This document shows positions 14,401 to 27,400 of a DNA stretch of 51,276 nt, piece after piece. The DNA is from Macrostomum lignano (Eukaryota). How positions within the stretch are numbered: the first letter of the stretch is position 1; each line of letters begins with the position of its first letter. A program made the translations under genes and the position numbers. The notes beneath the pieces are model-generated. The model made no database searches and was not told the origin of the DNA. It saw only the letters and a program-made list of their open reading frames with translations. Where the stretch lies: positions 1-51,276 of the forward strand of contig NIVC01004302.1 of the NCBI GenBank assembly GCA_002269645.1, in the 5' to 3' direction.

Positions 14401-17400
14401 CATTCCATTCACGCCTGAAATTTTACTGAATTAAGAAATTGCAGCACTGCTTTGTGCTTTACTGTTTTTATCTTTTTTTGCTCACATTATAATTTATAAT
14501 CTTATCTATGATGGTATAGTTACAGTTGGAAGCTCAAGATTTATTTGAGTTAGGCCTAAATAATGCGTCATTGAATCTTGTTCTGTTTGCACTGAGCCAG
14601 TAAGCCTGAGTATCAGATAACTGTTAAGACCAGCCTAGCCCTGAGCTAGAGGGCTAAAATCATCCTATACTATATATGATGACCATAGAATTAACTAAAG
14701 ACAAAGTTGCAAAATAATATACAAAAGTCACTAAGCAGTCACTGATCAAAATCATCACAATCCTTGGGGCATTTTTTATTGCCTTTGTGTTTTGCTTCTA
14801 TTGCTAACATTGAAGATTGATTGATGTCTCTTTTCCCTCTGATATAAACCTTGGTAGCAATATGGCAATGGCTAGAGTTCTAATAGGGCCTATTGGAACC
14901 TATTTTCTAATAGCTATGGATTTGGCAGTCTCCTGCAGGCGGTTACCAGTTATCTACTATTGAAGTCTGAATATTTGAAGTATTTTGTTTTGAATCTCAT
15001 CATATCATTTTTATCTTATCTTGAACAAAATTTCAATATCAACCAACCACCTAGTAAAAAATGTTTACTGCTATATTATACCTATAAATTGCACTACTAG
15101 AATACCACTGCTAGATCCATAGCCATTAGATAAAAAATTAGTTCTAAATCTAGAACTGTAGCCATTGCCAAATTTTGGCTATGCCTACATACCTATTCAT
15201 GATAATATTATAAAACTAGAAATATAGCAGTATAGCTTAGGCCTATCTAACAAATAGTATGGGGCCTAAGAAAATAAATTTGAACAAACATTTTTTTGAT
15301 AATGCATTGACAACATAAAAAATTAGGCTTTTATATTATAGGGCCTATACTTTTATTAGTATTGGTATTTATTTTTAATGCCAAATCAGGACTAAATCAC
15401 TAAGTAATTAAATAATTGTCTTCAATATATTAATAATATAGAATAGGCCTAGGCCCTAATCAATTTTTAATGATTTTATCTATTGTATTTTATCTAATGC
15501 TAATATATAAAATAATTTGTTATAATGTATCTCACTATTGGAATAGCATTTAAAATCCTATGGATATGCAACATAGGTTTATAAACATTATGTTTAGGTG
15601 CAGTAAATGTTATATGAATATAATAAATTTCGTGCTAGGGTGGTATGACATAAAAATTTAATAACTTTGTATAGTAGATAGGTATATACCATACATGCAA
15701 TTATTCTAATAGGGATATTTAATATTTTTTGTTCTATTTATTATCCAAACCAATAGAATTAATATAATTAGTAGAGCCTGACTGAGATTTTTATCTCAAA
15801 TGGTTAGGACCCTTGTGTTTTTTCAGATTCCAAACCATGTTGGGAATTGAAAAAGGTCAGCAAGATTAATAAAAAGTTTTTACATTTTAAGTATACTATA
15901 AAAATTGTTTAGAAGCAATTTTAAAAAGACTAAATAAGGCAAGTATGCCAAATTAATTTGTTTGTTTAGTTCAAAGTTATTCTGATTTCTTAGAATATGT
16001 TCACTTAAATGAATAAATTAACTTATTCAGACAAAAAGTAATTGAAAAGCAATATTTTGTGCTAAAAGAGTTATTTGAAAATCTATGGTTACTGGAAATA
16101 CTAACAAAATAAAAAAATATAGTCTAGTGCATTAAACGTATAACAATAGTCAATTAGAGCAAGGTTGAGGTTTGAAATTCATTAACTACTAAATTTTTAT
16201 TCTATTTGCTATTCAACTTGAAAAGCAAATTTCAAGCTATTCAAAACTCAACTTGACCAACTTCAGTACTCAACTTGACCAAAACCTAAGTTTGTCTAGG
16301 CTCTACATTCTAGTAGTATTAACTTATAATAAACTACAAGTTAGGCTAATGAAATATAGTAGTAGTAATATCACTTGACTACTAATACTAATTAGTACAT
16401 ATGCCTAGGGCTTATATATTATAATAAATGCATCCTTAGCCATCCTATATCTAAATAGCCTAGATGCCAATTGTAGACCTTGATCCCAATCCTGACCAAT
16501 CCTTAGTCCAGACTTTTATGAATTCAATTCTACCCAATCCTACCCAACTAGATTTTTCCTATCCTAGTCGGGCTTTAATAATAAGATTGCTAGATTTTAT
16601 GATTATATTTATTACAATTTTTGTATACTATGACCTCTTAGTCTGTCTTTGATATAATAGTATAAAGTTAATAGCAGATTTTGTTTGCAATGCCTCTAAT
16701 ACTTAGTAAATCTTAATAAAGACATTTAATAGACAGCAACATGCCATATACATGAAATAATTCCTCATAGATATACTATACTCCTATATAGTCATACATA
16801 TAGAAATGAAAACCTATAAGAAAAATAAACATTTGATATGCTGTAATGCAGTTATTATTAAAACATTAAAATTCTTTTTATTAAGATTTACTAACATTGG
16901 AAGAAGTGCAGACAAAATCTATGTAGCTAAATGCACTACAGTAAAAAAACATTGTGGTTTAACATTGGCAGGAAAAGCTCAGTAGCCAATTTGCTCACAG
17001 CCAATTCACCTATGGGCAAAATGTACTATATAGGCAAATTTGATAGGATATGCTTGGCAAACAACTCTCAATGGATCTGGAAAAGTAGATATGTCATAAC
17101 ACAAACTAAACCTAGAATCTGGGCATTCTGGGGATTCATTCTTTTAGTGTAAGTCACATTCATTTGTGTATACAGTTTCAATCAAAGGGGACAAAGGCAA
17201 GGCGATAGACCTGCTAAGAAAGGGGTAAAAAACATGGCTAGAGGGGTGGCCTAACCTAACAATCTAGCCAACCCTTTTAGCACTGTAGCCAATCACATTT
17301 TATGGTGATTAAGCAATTGAACCAAGCAGTTCAATTAGGCACAATTGATTTCAAACAATGACAAATTTGCCAATGAAAAAAGTTACACAGAAAGTAAAGT

Positions 17401-17469
17401 ACAAAATTGTTTTTTATGAACAAATCCTGTTTTGCATGTGTCTATAAACTTAGCGCCCTAGTAAGAGGC

Positions 17470-20264
17470 ATGGAAGCACTAACTGAGAAGTATAACAATT
17501 TGATGAAGCTTGGCGATCCAAGAACTCGCGATTGGTTTCTAATGGCAAGCCCAATACCATCCGCTCTGATCTGCCTTCTCTATGTATTAGCTATCATTGT
17601 GGGCATGCGGGCTATGCAGAATCGCCAAGCAATGGGCCTGCGCTACCCAATGATTGTGTACAATTTCTGCATGGTCGCCCTTAGCGGCTATCTGGTATTC
17701 GAGTTCCTGGCCTCTGGCTGGCTGGCCGGCTACAGCCTCAGCTGTCAGCCTGTAGACTATTCCAACTCGCCGCAGGCTACTAGAATGGCCAGAGCCTGCT
17801 ATCTGTTCTATTTCTCCAAGTTTATTGAACTGGCCGATACCGTGTTCTTTGTGCTCAGGTTTGTCACCCTTCTTTATTGTACTGATTCTTTTTCATTCAG
17901 TGTGATTTGATCTTCTATCCTTCAGTTCCTCAGTGCCGATTTCGACCTTGCCGTCTTTTCAGTCTCGCATAGCTAATTTTCACCCTCGACAATCAATGTC
18001 CTTTAGTGTCAATTTTACCATGATGCCCCTGTCCTTCAGTGTCCATCATTAGCCTTCGATCCCCTCTCCTTCAGTGTCCATCATTAACCTTCGATCCCCT
18101 GTCCCTCAGTGTCCATCATTAGCCTTTGATCCTCTGTCCTTTAGTGTCCATCATTAGCCTTTGATCCCCTGTCCTTCAGTGTCCATCATTAGCCTTCGAT
18201 CCCCTCTCCTTCAGTGTCCATCATTAACCATCGGTACCGACCCCTGTCCCTCAGTGTCCATCATTAGCCTTTGATCCCCTGTCCTTCAGTGTCCATCATT
18301 AACCTTCGATCCCCCACCACTCCTTCAGTGTCCATCATTAACCTTCAATCCCCTGTCCCTCAGTGTCCATCATTAGCCTTTGATCCTCTGTCCTTCAGTG
18401 TCCATCGTTAACCTTCGATCCCCCACCACTGTCCTTCAGTGTCCATCATTAACCTTCGATCCCCCACCACTGTCCTTCAGTGTCCATCATTAACCTTCGA
18501 TCCCCCACCACTGTCCTTCAGTGTCCATCATTAACCTTCGATCCCCCACCACTGTCCTTCAGTGTCCATCGTTAACCTTCGATCCCCCACCACTGTCCTT
18601 CAGTGTCCATCATTAACCTTCGGTACCCACCACTGTCCTTCAGTGTCCATCATTAACCTTCAATCCCCTGTCCCTCAGTGTCCATCATTAGCCTTTGATC
18701 CTCTGTCCTTCAGTGTCCATCGTTAACCTTCGATCCCCCACCACTGTCCTTCAGTGTCCATCATTAACCTTCGATCCCCCACCACTGTCCTTCAGTGTCC
18801 ATCATTAACCTTCGATCCCCCACCACTGTCCTTCAGTGTCCATCGTTAACCTTCGATCCCCCACCACTGTCCTTCAGTGTCCATCATTAACATTCGGTAC
18901 CCACCACTGTCCTTCAGTGTCCATCATTAACCTTCAATCCCCTGTCCCTCAGTGTCCATCATTAGCCTTTGATCCTCTGTCCTTCAGTGTCCATCATTAA
19001 CCTTCGATCCCCCACCACTGTCCTTCAGCTTCCATCATTAACCTTCGATCCCCCACCCCTGTCCTTCAGTTTCCATCACTAACCTTCGGTACCCACCACT
19101 GTCCTTCAGTGTCCATCATTAACCTTCGGTACCCACCACTGTCCTTCAGTGTCCATCATTAACCTTCGATCCCCCACCCCTGTCCTTCAGTTTCCATCAT
19201 TAACCTTCGGTACCCACCACTGTCCTTCAGTTTCCATCATTAACCTTCGGTACCCACCACTGTCCTTCAGTGTCCATCATTAACCTTCGATCCCCCACCC
19301 CTGTCCTTCAGTTTCCATCATTAACCTTCGGTACCCACCACTGTCCTTCAGTGTCCATCATTAACCTTCGATCCCCTGTCCCTCAGTGTCCATCATTAGC
19401 CCTCGCTAAGCCCTATTGTACAGCCCCCATCCCAGTGTCAATTTTGACATTTGATGTGTCATTTAAATGGATGATATCTGATAGCTTGGAACTGTTGGGT
19501 GTTAAGAGAGTGCACAGAGGCCTTGGGATCCGATTAAAATGTCTCTTAGTGGTGCCACTTTATTTTCCTTATTACCTTCTGAAGTGTGGAGTCCCGTCTC
19601 TAGCTGTACGAGATAAGCGGGCACCGAATGTTTTTTGCAAGTATCAAGTTTTTTCTCTTTCCTCAACAACAGGGCCAAGGGTCAGTGAGCCTATTTTACA
19701 TATTTGTCCTTTGTACGTGGCTAGCTTTGCAATGCGCTTGGATTTTAGTATCAAATTATTGAATTTCTGCTTTGAATTCGCCCTGGCAGGAAAAAGTTCA
19801 ACCAGGTATCATTTCTACACGTGTTTCACCACGCCATCATGCCGGCCTCCTGGTGGTTCGGCGTCTATTTTGTACCTGGCGGATTTGGCACATTCCACGC
19901 TATGCTGAACTCGTTTATCCACTTCCTCATGTACATGTACTACGGCCTGGCAGCGGCCGGCTACACAGTCTGGTGGAAACGGTACATGACTAAAATGCAG
20001 ATTGGCCAGTTCCTGCTAGTCACTGTGCACTCTTGCCAGCTGTTCTTTATTCCATGCAATTATCCTATCGTGTTTGCCTGGTGGATTCTATCCTATGCTG
20101 TTATATTTCTGATTCTATTCGCCAATTTCTACGTTAAAGCTTACGCCGCGGGAAGGCGGCTGCAGCAGCAGCAGCAGAAGCAGAATGGACACCAGAATGG
20201 CGCCCATTCGAAGGAGCGCTTGGCCCACGCTGTCAGCAATGGTAACGGGAAGAAAGCGGAGTAG
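17470..20264 (+). CDS. ELOVL: elongation of very long chain fatty acids protein (ELOVL1/7-like), 2 coding exons, 287 aa
   Basis: Exons 17470-17858 and 19790-20264, joined in phase 2 (FFVLR|KKFNQ). Motifs DPRTRDWFLM, SKFIELADTVFFVLRKK, the LHVFHH histidine box, NSFIHFLMYMYY, MQIGQF, and a C-terminal KKAE dilysine ER-retrieval signal. Confidence 0.96.
18025..19400. repeat. intronic minisatellite, 36-41 bp unit
   Basis: Unit CCACTGTCCTTCAGTGTCCATCATTAACCTTCGATCCCCCA with shorter variants fills most of the ELOVL intron. Confidence 0.95.
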
Positions 20265-20284
20265 CTTTGTGGTGCAATTTCTGC

Positions 20285-21250
20285 TTAGTTGGATATTGCT
20301 GGCAGATCAGGAATCTATATACATATATGTATTCCTATGGGTATTGCTGACAGATCAGGAATCTATATACATATGTATTCAAATGGGTATTGCTGGCAGG
20401 TCAGGAATCTATATACATATGTATTCCTATGGGTATTGCTGACAGATCAGGAATCTATATATACATATGTATTCAAATGGGTATTGCTGGCAGGTCAGGA
20501 ATCTATATACACATATGTATTCCTATGGGTATTGCTGGCAGGTCAGGAATCTATATATACATATGTATTCAAATGGGTATTGCTGACAGATCAGGAATCT
20601 ATATATACATATGTATTCAAATGGGTATTGCTGACAGATCAGGAATCTATATATACATATGTATTCAAATGGGTATTGCTGGCAGGTCAGGAATCTATGT
20701 ATTCAAATGGGTATTGCTGACAGATCAGGAATCTATATATACATATATATTCAAATGGGTATTGCTGGCAGGTCAGGAATCTATATATACATATGTATTC
20801 AAATGGGTATTGCTGGCAGATCAGGAATCTATATATACATATGTATTCAAATGGGTATTGCTGGCAGGTCAGGAATCTATGTATTCAAATGGGTATTGCT
20901 GACAGATCAGGAATCTATATATACATATATATTCAAATGGGTATTGCTGGCAGGTCAGGAATCTATATATACATATGTATTCAAATGGGTATTGCTGGCA
21001 GATCAGGAATCTATATATACATATGTATTCAAATGGGTATTGCTGGCAGGTCAGGAATCTATGTATTCAAATGGGTATTGCTGACAGATCAGGAATCTAT
21101 ATATACATATATATTCAAATGGGTATTGCTGGCAGGTCAGGAATCTATATATACATATGTATTCAAATGGGTATTGCTGACAGATCAGGAATCTATATAT
21201 ACATATGTATTCAAATGGGTATTGCTGACAGATCAGGAATCTATATACAT
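20285..21250. repeat. minisatellite, 48-50 bp unit with 182-bp higher-order period
   Basis: Unit ATTCAAATGGGTATTGCTG(G/A)CAG(G/A)TCAGGAATCTATATATACATATGT starts about 20 nt after the ELOVL stop. A shortened 34-nt unit recurs at 20691, 20873 and 21055. Confidence 0.95.
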
Positions 21251-22311
21251 TTATTTCATACGTATTTTATGAAAAAGGTTCGTGACGGTCATTGTGGAAA
21301 AGTTTTCATTGTTTAATGATTACAAATCTTTCTGCGACTGCTAACTTTGAAGGCTTTTTCACTTTTTATTATTTTTTTCTATGAATGCATGTAAGAGCTG
21401 ACAACGGTGTTCCATTTTGTTAATCTAGTAGGCCGTCTACTTATCATTTATTCAAAGTTCTAATGTACTTTTCAGAGTTTTTCCCAAACACTTTAAGCAC
21501 ATTTTATCGGCGCTTGCGCCTCTCAGTGCTTTTTCTAATCGCTTTTCTGCGCTATTTTTATTAATTAATCAATTTTAACTGTGTTAAGTCTGACTTCGCG
21601 CACTCTACTACTAGTAGCAAATAGGTATACCATATATCTGCACGCGACCTTTTCTACTATTTGGTCGGAAAGCACTTAATTTTTCTATATATTTAATTAT
21701 CTGGAATAGCTTTTCATGCTAGTATAAATGGACAATATTTATTGCTTAGAAATATATTTGATATTTAACATAGCCGTGCAATCTGTCGTTAAACCTTTTA
21801 TTTATCCAATATACTAAAAATGAAAATTTTAGTCCTAAATATTAACATTTTTTGTTAGCTCTGGCAGCGGAGCCTATACTGATTGCTTATTAAAAAATTA
21901 GAAACGTTATTACCTGCTAATATTAGTGTTCTATTTTTTATATTAGAGACTCTGTGTGCACATCTTATAACTCATTTTATTGCTTAAATTATTAGTCTAT
22001 ATAGCTCGTATAGTTAACTTTATCTAACTGTTATTTGATGTAACTCCTGCTTTTTGACTCGTTTATTTTAAATACACGCCGTCTTTGTCTGTTTGTTTAT
22101 TAACTGTTACTGGCTGCTTCAGCTTGCTTTTGTGGGCGCTGACTGGCGCTTGCTAAAACTATTTTAACCATTGCTAGAATACTTTCTGTTTGAGATTCAT
22201 TTCAATTCGGCAAATTATAAAGCGTATTGACATTAATCGCAATAACTAGCAATCTAGTGCCCTCCTTCATGGCGCCCAATAAGCAAGCGACGAAAATTAT
22301 TTGTGAATAAA

Positions 22312-22740
22312 GGTAGAGTTGCTCGCTTGGCAAGTAATATGAATAGGAAGGCGAAAATCAACATCAAATTAATTTAATTGAACAACGCGTTTCGCACGAT
22401 ACTGTGCATCTTCAAGTTTATTTTTGAGCGAAAGAAACTAGTGAGATCGGCAGTAAATAAATACGAAATTGTGGGGTGTAAATTAAATCAATATTTGAAG
22501 TACATGTTTGTTAGTCCATAAGTCGAGAGGCAACGTCCAGGGACGGGTTGATAGCGATGTAGTTAGATGTACAGAATGTACATCCAGTGCCCCTCTCTCA
22601 AAACACACGGAGAACATGTCCTGCGCCGGCGCCACTGTGTTGGAGTTGAGTGTTGAGGTTGGGGGAATGCACTTTAATGTACAGCGCTTCAAGTATCTGC
22701 AGTTTGGAATATTTGTGATCCTATTTTTGAATACTATTTG
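22312..22740 (-). mobile_element. Penelope-like element 3' fragment (GIY-YIG C-terminus, 3' region, degenerate hammerhead)
   Basis: The minus strand encodes KLQILEALYIKVHSPNLNTQLQHSGAGAGHVLRVF*, homologous to KLSILEALHIKAQNPSLNVQLLHSGAGHLLRVF* at 47798-48007. It is followed by TTGAAGA-TGCAC..GTGC-GAAACGCGTT and the shared tail AAGCGAGCAACTCTACC. Confidence 0.85.
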
Positions 22741-22759
22741 CCTTGACACCGAAGCGATT

Positions 22760-23335
22760 CCCCCTGTAAGCCTCGACATCTCAGAAATTCCCCAGTAAGC
22801 CTCGACATCTCAGCAATTCCCCTGTAAGCCTCGACATCTCAGCAATTCCCCTGTAAGCCTCGACATCTCAGCAATTCCCCTGTAAGCCTCGACATCTCAG
22901 CAATTCCCCTGTGTGCCTCGACATCTCAGCAATTCCCCTGTAAGCCTCGACATCTCAGCAATTCCCCTGTGTGCCTCGACATCTCAGCAATTCCCCCAGT
23001 ATGCCTCGACATCTCAGCAATTCCCCTGTAAGCCTCGACATCTCAGCAATTCCCCTGTAAGCCTCGACATCTCAGCAATTCCCCTGTGTGCCTCGACATC
23101 TCAGCAATTCCCCCAGTATGCCTCGACATCTCAGCAATTCCCCTGTAAGCCTCGACATCTCAGCAATTCCCCTGTAAGCCTCGACATCTCAGCAATTCCC
23201 CTGTGTGCCTCGACATCTCAGCAATTCCCCTGTAAGCCTCGACATCTCAGCAATTCCCCTGTGTGCCTCGACATCTCAGCAATTCCCCCAGTATGCCTCG
23301 ACATCTCAGCAATTCCCCTGTAAGCCTCGACATCT
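22760..23335. repeat. 29-bp minisatellite, about 20 copies
   Basis: Unit CCCCTGTAAGCCTCGACATCTCAGCAATT with TGTG and AGTATG variants. Confidence 0.95.
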
Positions 23336-23453
23336 TGCACGACAACCCACCAGCCAATTATCTTGCGCAAGCCCATAATTCGTGTTTGCACACGGAATCG
23401 AACCAGGGGTCGCTGCGCAAGAGGCGGACGCGTTTACCGCTGACAAACTGCTG
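23336..23453 (-). mobile_element. tRNA-derived SINE head and body
   Basis: The minus strand reads GTCAGCGGTAAACGCGTCCGCCTCTTGCGCAGCGACCCCTGGTTCGATTCC. This has an A-box-like AGCGGT and the canonical B-box GGTTCGATTCC (23394-23404) at tRNA spacing, but no intact acceptor or anticodon stems. Confidence 0.65.
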
Positions 23454-24491
23454 TAAATTTTAAGAAAAATCACAAATCCTCAGTCTTAAATAAGCTTTAT
23501 CCTGTAGATTGATTCAAAAGTCAATTTTCCCCTCGTAATCATAATCCGATGACTGATTATAAGAAGCGGCTCACTGATTTATGAGCGCCGTTTTAAAGTA
23601 TGAAACTTTATTGAGTCGGAAATCTTCCCCGAGAATGTTTCTAGAGAGTGTATCCGCGGGCAGCGGTTTTGTGGTAAAAATGTAGTTGATTACTTTGTTG
23701 CTGGGAATTGGATCAGAGCGCAGCTACGAGCTATGTGCTTGGCCCATAACTTAATTATTGGACACTAAATTTCAGTTCCTAATTGCGAATGTGGCTATAC
23801 ATGTGTAATATTGCCTATCAAACTTCATTTGATCTCCAGTGCGTTTAGTGTACTTTGTCTATGGCAAAACCCCGTTAAGTGCTAGTAGGTGTTCTCAAGA
23901 TCATGCTAAATGCACTACAGGGCGATCCGACAAATGTACGTTCGTTACCAAACTCGAAAATCGTTTCTAAGAAAATATTAAGTTTGAATTGGTGACCTCC
24001 ATCACCTCTTCTAATTTGCGCTGCATATCTGAACTCTCTTTAAATATTTATTACCGCCTCAAAGCAGAATTAGCGGCATAGAAACAGGCAATGCTGCATA
24101 TAATACATGAATATGCTCGGCTTGTTTAGCCCATGTCCAATGTAAATTTAGCCAGCGCAAACAGCGCTTTATTATAGCAGAATTTGAAGGTTCTTTGGAA
24201 AGTGAATTTATTGGGGAGAGAGAGAGAGAGTTAAAAGAAGAAAACTGCTGCGGAGTTTGTGAAAAAAGCGAGCAAGATCAATTAGGAGGAAGAGGGATAG
24301 AGAGATTTTTGCTCGCATGCTCAAGCCTGAGACGCCGGCACAGCTATATAGGCCAGGGTCATATACATGTATTGGTTGGAAGTCACTCCAGCAGTGTGCT
24401 TTTTCGGCTCTTATCTATATGTAAGACTTGGCGTTGGCAACACTATTTAACTGCAGAGGGTGAGACACGTGTACATGTGAGCGAATTAAGA

Positions 24492-27400
24492 ATGTACGGT
24501 CAGCCCAGGCAGCAGCTGGCCTCTCTAAATCAAAGACGGTCAGGCCGGTATCAATACAGAAACTCACTGATCCCGGCTGGGGCCGCGACCGCTGCGTCGG
24601 CCGAAGATGAGACGCCAGCGCCGAACCTGTCGGAGCTTCTCAGACGACGGCGCCAGTCGAGCGTGCAGTCGAGGCGTCTGCTGTTGGCGCGTAGGCGCGA
24701 TAGCGCCGCACCAGCCGGCTTTGGGCCGATTGAGGAGAGCCAACTGTCCGAGGAGGAGCTGGAGAGGCGGCAGCGGAGGATTGTGAGGGCAGCGTGTCAG
24801 GGGGAATCCGGGAAAGGAATAATAGAGAATCGGGAAGGGGAACTGTAGGGAATCTGGAAGGGGAATTGTAGGGAGTCCGGGAAAGGAATTGTAGAGAATC
24901 GGGGAGGGGAATCGTAGAGAATCGGGGAGGGGAATTGTAGAGAATCGGGGAGGGGAATTGTAGAGAATCGGGGAGGGGAATCGTAGAGAATCGGGGAGGG
25001 GAATTGTAGAGAATCGGGGAGGGGAATTGTAGAGAATCGGGGAGGGGAATTGTAGAGAATCTGGAAGGGGAATTGTAGAGAATCTGGAAGGGGAATTGTA
25101 GGGAATCTGGAAGGGGATTTGTAGACAATCGGGGAGGAGAATTGTAGGGAATCGGGGAGGGGAGTTGTAGACAATCGGGGAGGAGAATTGTAGGGAATCG
25201 GGGAGGGGAGTTGTAGAGAATCGGGGAGGGGAATTGTAGAGAATCGGGGAGGGGAATTGTAGAGAATCGGGGAGGGGAATTGTAGAGAATCGGGGAGGGG
25301 AATTGTAGAGAATCGGGGAGGGGAATTGTAGAGAATCGGGGAGGGGAATTGTAGAGAATCGGGGAGGAGAATTGTAGAGAATCGGGGAGGGGAATTGAAG
25401 GGAATCTGGAAGGGGATTTGTAGACAATCGGGGAGGAGAATTGTACAGGGAATCAGGGAGGGGAATTGTAGGGAATCTGGAAGGGGAATTGTAGGGAATC
25501 GGGGAAGGGATTTGTAGAGAATCGGGGAGGGGAATTGTGAGAATCGAGGAGGAGTATTTTAGAATATCGGGGAGGGGAATTGTAGGTAATTTGGGAGAAA
25601 ATTGCAGGAAATCGGCAAAATTTTTAACATTTTTAAGCATGGGAATTGTTTTTTTTCGAACGGTTCAAAAAGTTTTTTATCTAAAGTCCCTGTCTGACTT
25701 CTACATTAATTACTTTCTAAGTCTGTCGGACAGGCTAAACTAATTACAGCCAAGCAACCGCTTTACAAAAGCAAACCCCTTTTCGCAAAAAACTTGATGA
25801 AGGCTCACCTGAGATTCCGACTGCGCTTCTTTCTCAAGCTAGTTGTGACGGCCTATAAGCTGTGCGATAAGCACTATCTCACCTGGTGAGTTGAGCTGGC
25901 AGCTGAGTTAAGGTTAATTAATTCTAAAGTGTAGTTAAGATTGCCAGTCATTTAGTTAGCTTCTACGAAGGCCCATCCGTTAATTGACTGATTTTTCACT
26001 GGCTTAATTGCTTGTAAGTATAGTTAACATTCTTGCCGTCGACTTTCAGTGTACAATTAGGATCTAATCCTGTACAATTAGGATCCAATCCTGTACAATT
26101 AGGATCCAATCCTTTTTTGGAATTTTGAAAAATTACTTTCCTATTCTCCTATTTTTATCATAATTCTTAATAATTATTCAATCGTTTTAAATCGATATCG
26201 ACCGCTAAATCAGTAATTATAGATGGAAAGCTTAATATCAACATTTGAATATGATTTCAATTTCTAACAACTTCAACGCGTTTCGCACGCCATGGTGCAT
26301 CGTCAGGATTTTATTAGAACGATTTGAGAAATTGAGATTGAAAGCGATTGATTAAATATTGGTTTTTGCAACGTACACAGGTAAGGAGGGTAAGATTGAA
26401 AACAATTGATTACAACTTGGCTTTAACAACATACATAGGTATAGTAGGTAGGAGAGAGAATTATAGATTGAGAATGAAAGTTAAACCAAATGTACACAAT
26501 TCTTGTCCAGTGGTCAAAAGGCAGAATCAGGGGCGGTAGCTAGCTTAGGTAATTGAACGTCAAGCTAAGTGTACACAGCGTGCACGACTGTGTCACTCAC
26601 TGTTCAGAAAACGCCACTGTTCAGTGCACGCTGTGTACACTTAGCTTGACGTTCAATTACCTAAGCTAGCTACCGCCCCTGATTCTGCCTTTTGACCACT
26701 GGACAAGAATTGTGTACATTTGGTTTAACTTTCATTCTCAATCTATAATTCTCTCTCCTACCTACTATACCTATGTATGTTGTTAAAGCCAAGTTGTAAT
26801 CAATTGTTTTCAATCTTACCCTCCTTACCTGTGTACGTTGCAAAAACCAATATTTAATCAATCGCTTTCAATCTCAATTTCTCAAATCGTTCTAATAAAA
26901 TCCTGACGATGCACCATGGCGTGCGAAACGCGTTGAAGTTGTTAGAAATTGAAATCATATTCAAATGTTGATATTAAGCTTTCTATTTATTCTTCTCGCC
27001 AAGCGAGCGACTCTACGAGGGGTGATCAAAAAGTTCTGCAACCTTTTGTTATAGCTTTCAGTTATAGAATCAGAAAAAGCCAAAAACTTACACATATGCG
27101 GCTATATCTGTTTGCTATATTTATATGCATTTTTGGCTTCCGTCATTTCTGGGAGGCCGTTTTCACGCATGCAAGACTTTGCCCAAGCGGTAAATTCAGC
27201 TCTACAGGGTATACCAACTTTGGAGTACCATGACTGCTTTCAGACATGGTGCATACGGATGCGACGGTGCATAGATAGTGGTGGAAACTACTTTAAGGGA
27301 ATGTGACACTGATTAGACGCCTCGGCTGCTGTAGCACAGAGTTGTGAGGTCACTTGCAAAACTTTTTGATCACCCCTCGTACCAGCATTCGAATTATAGA

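Larger units (their letters stand above)
26228..27391. mobile_element. non-coding Penelope-derived palindromic insertion (360-bp inverted arms) with 13-bp TSD
   Basis: Arms 26226-26585 and 26624-26983 are reverse complements around a 38-bp spacer, and each carries a hammerhead motif. Direct repeat AATTATAGATGGA at 26215-26227 and 27392-27404. The tail is homologous to the other PLE copies. Confidence 0.8.

Noticed and set aside
10536-23453. tRNA genes at the three B-box sites (10.5, 11.1 and 23.4 kb)
   Set aside because: Acceptor and anticodon stems do not pair; treated as SINE-derived.
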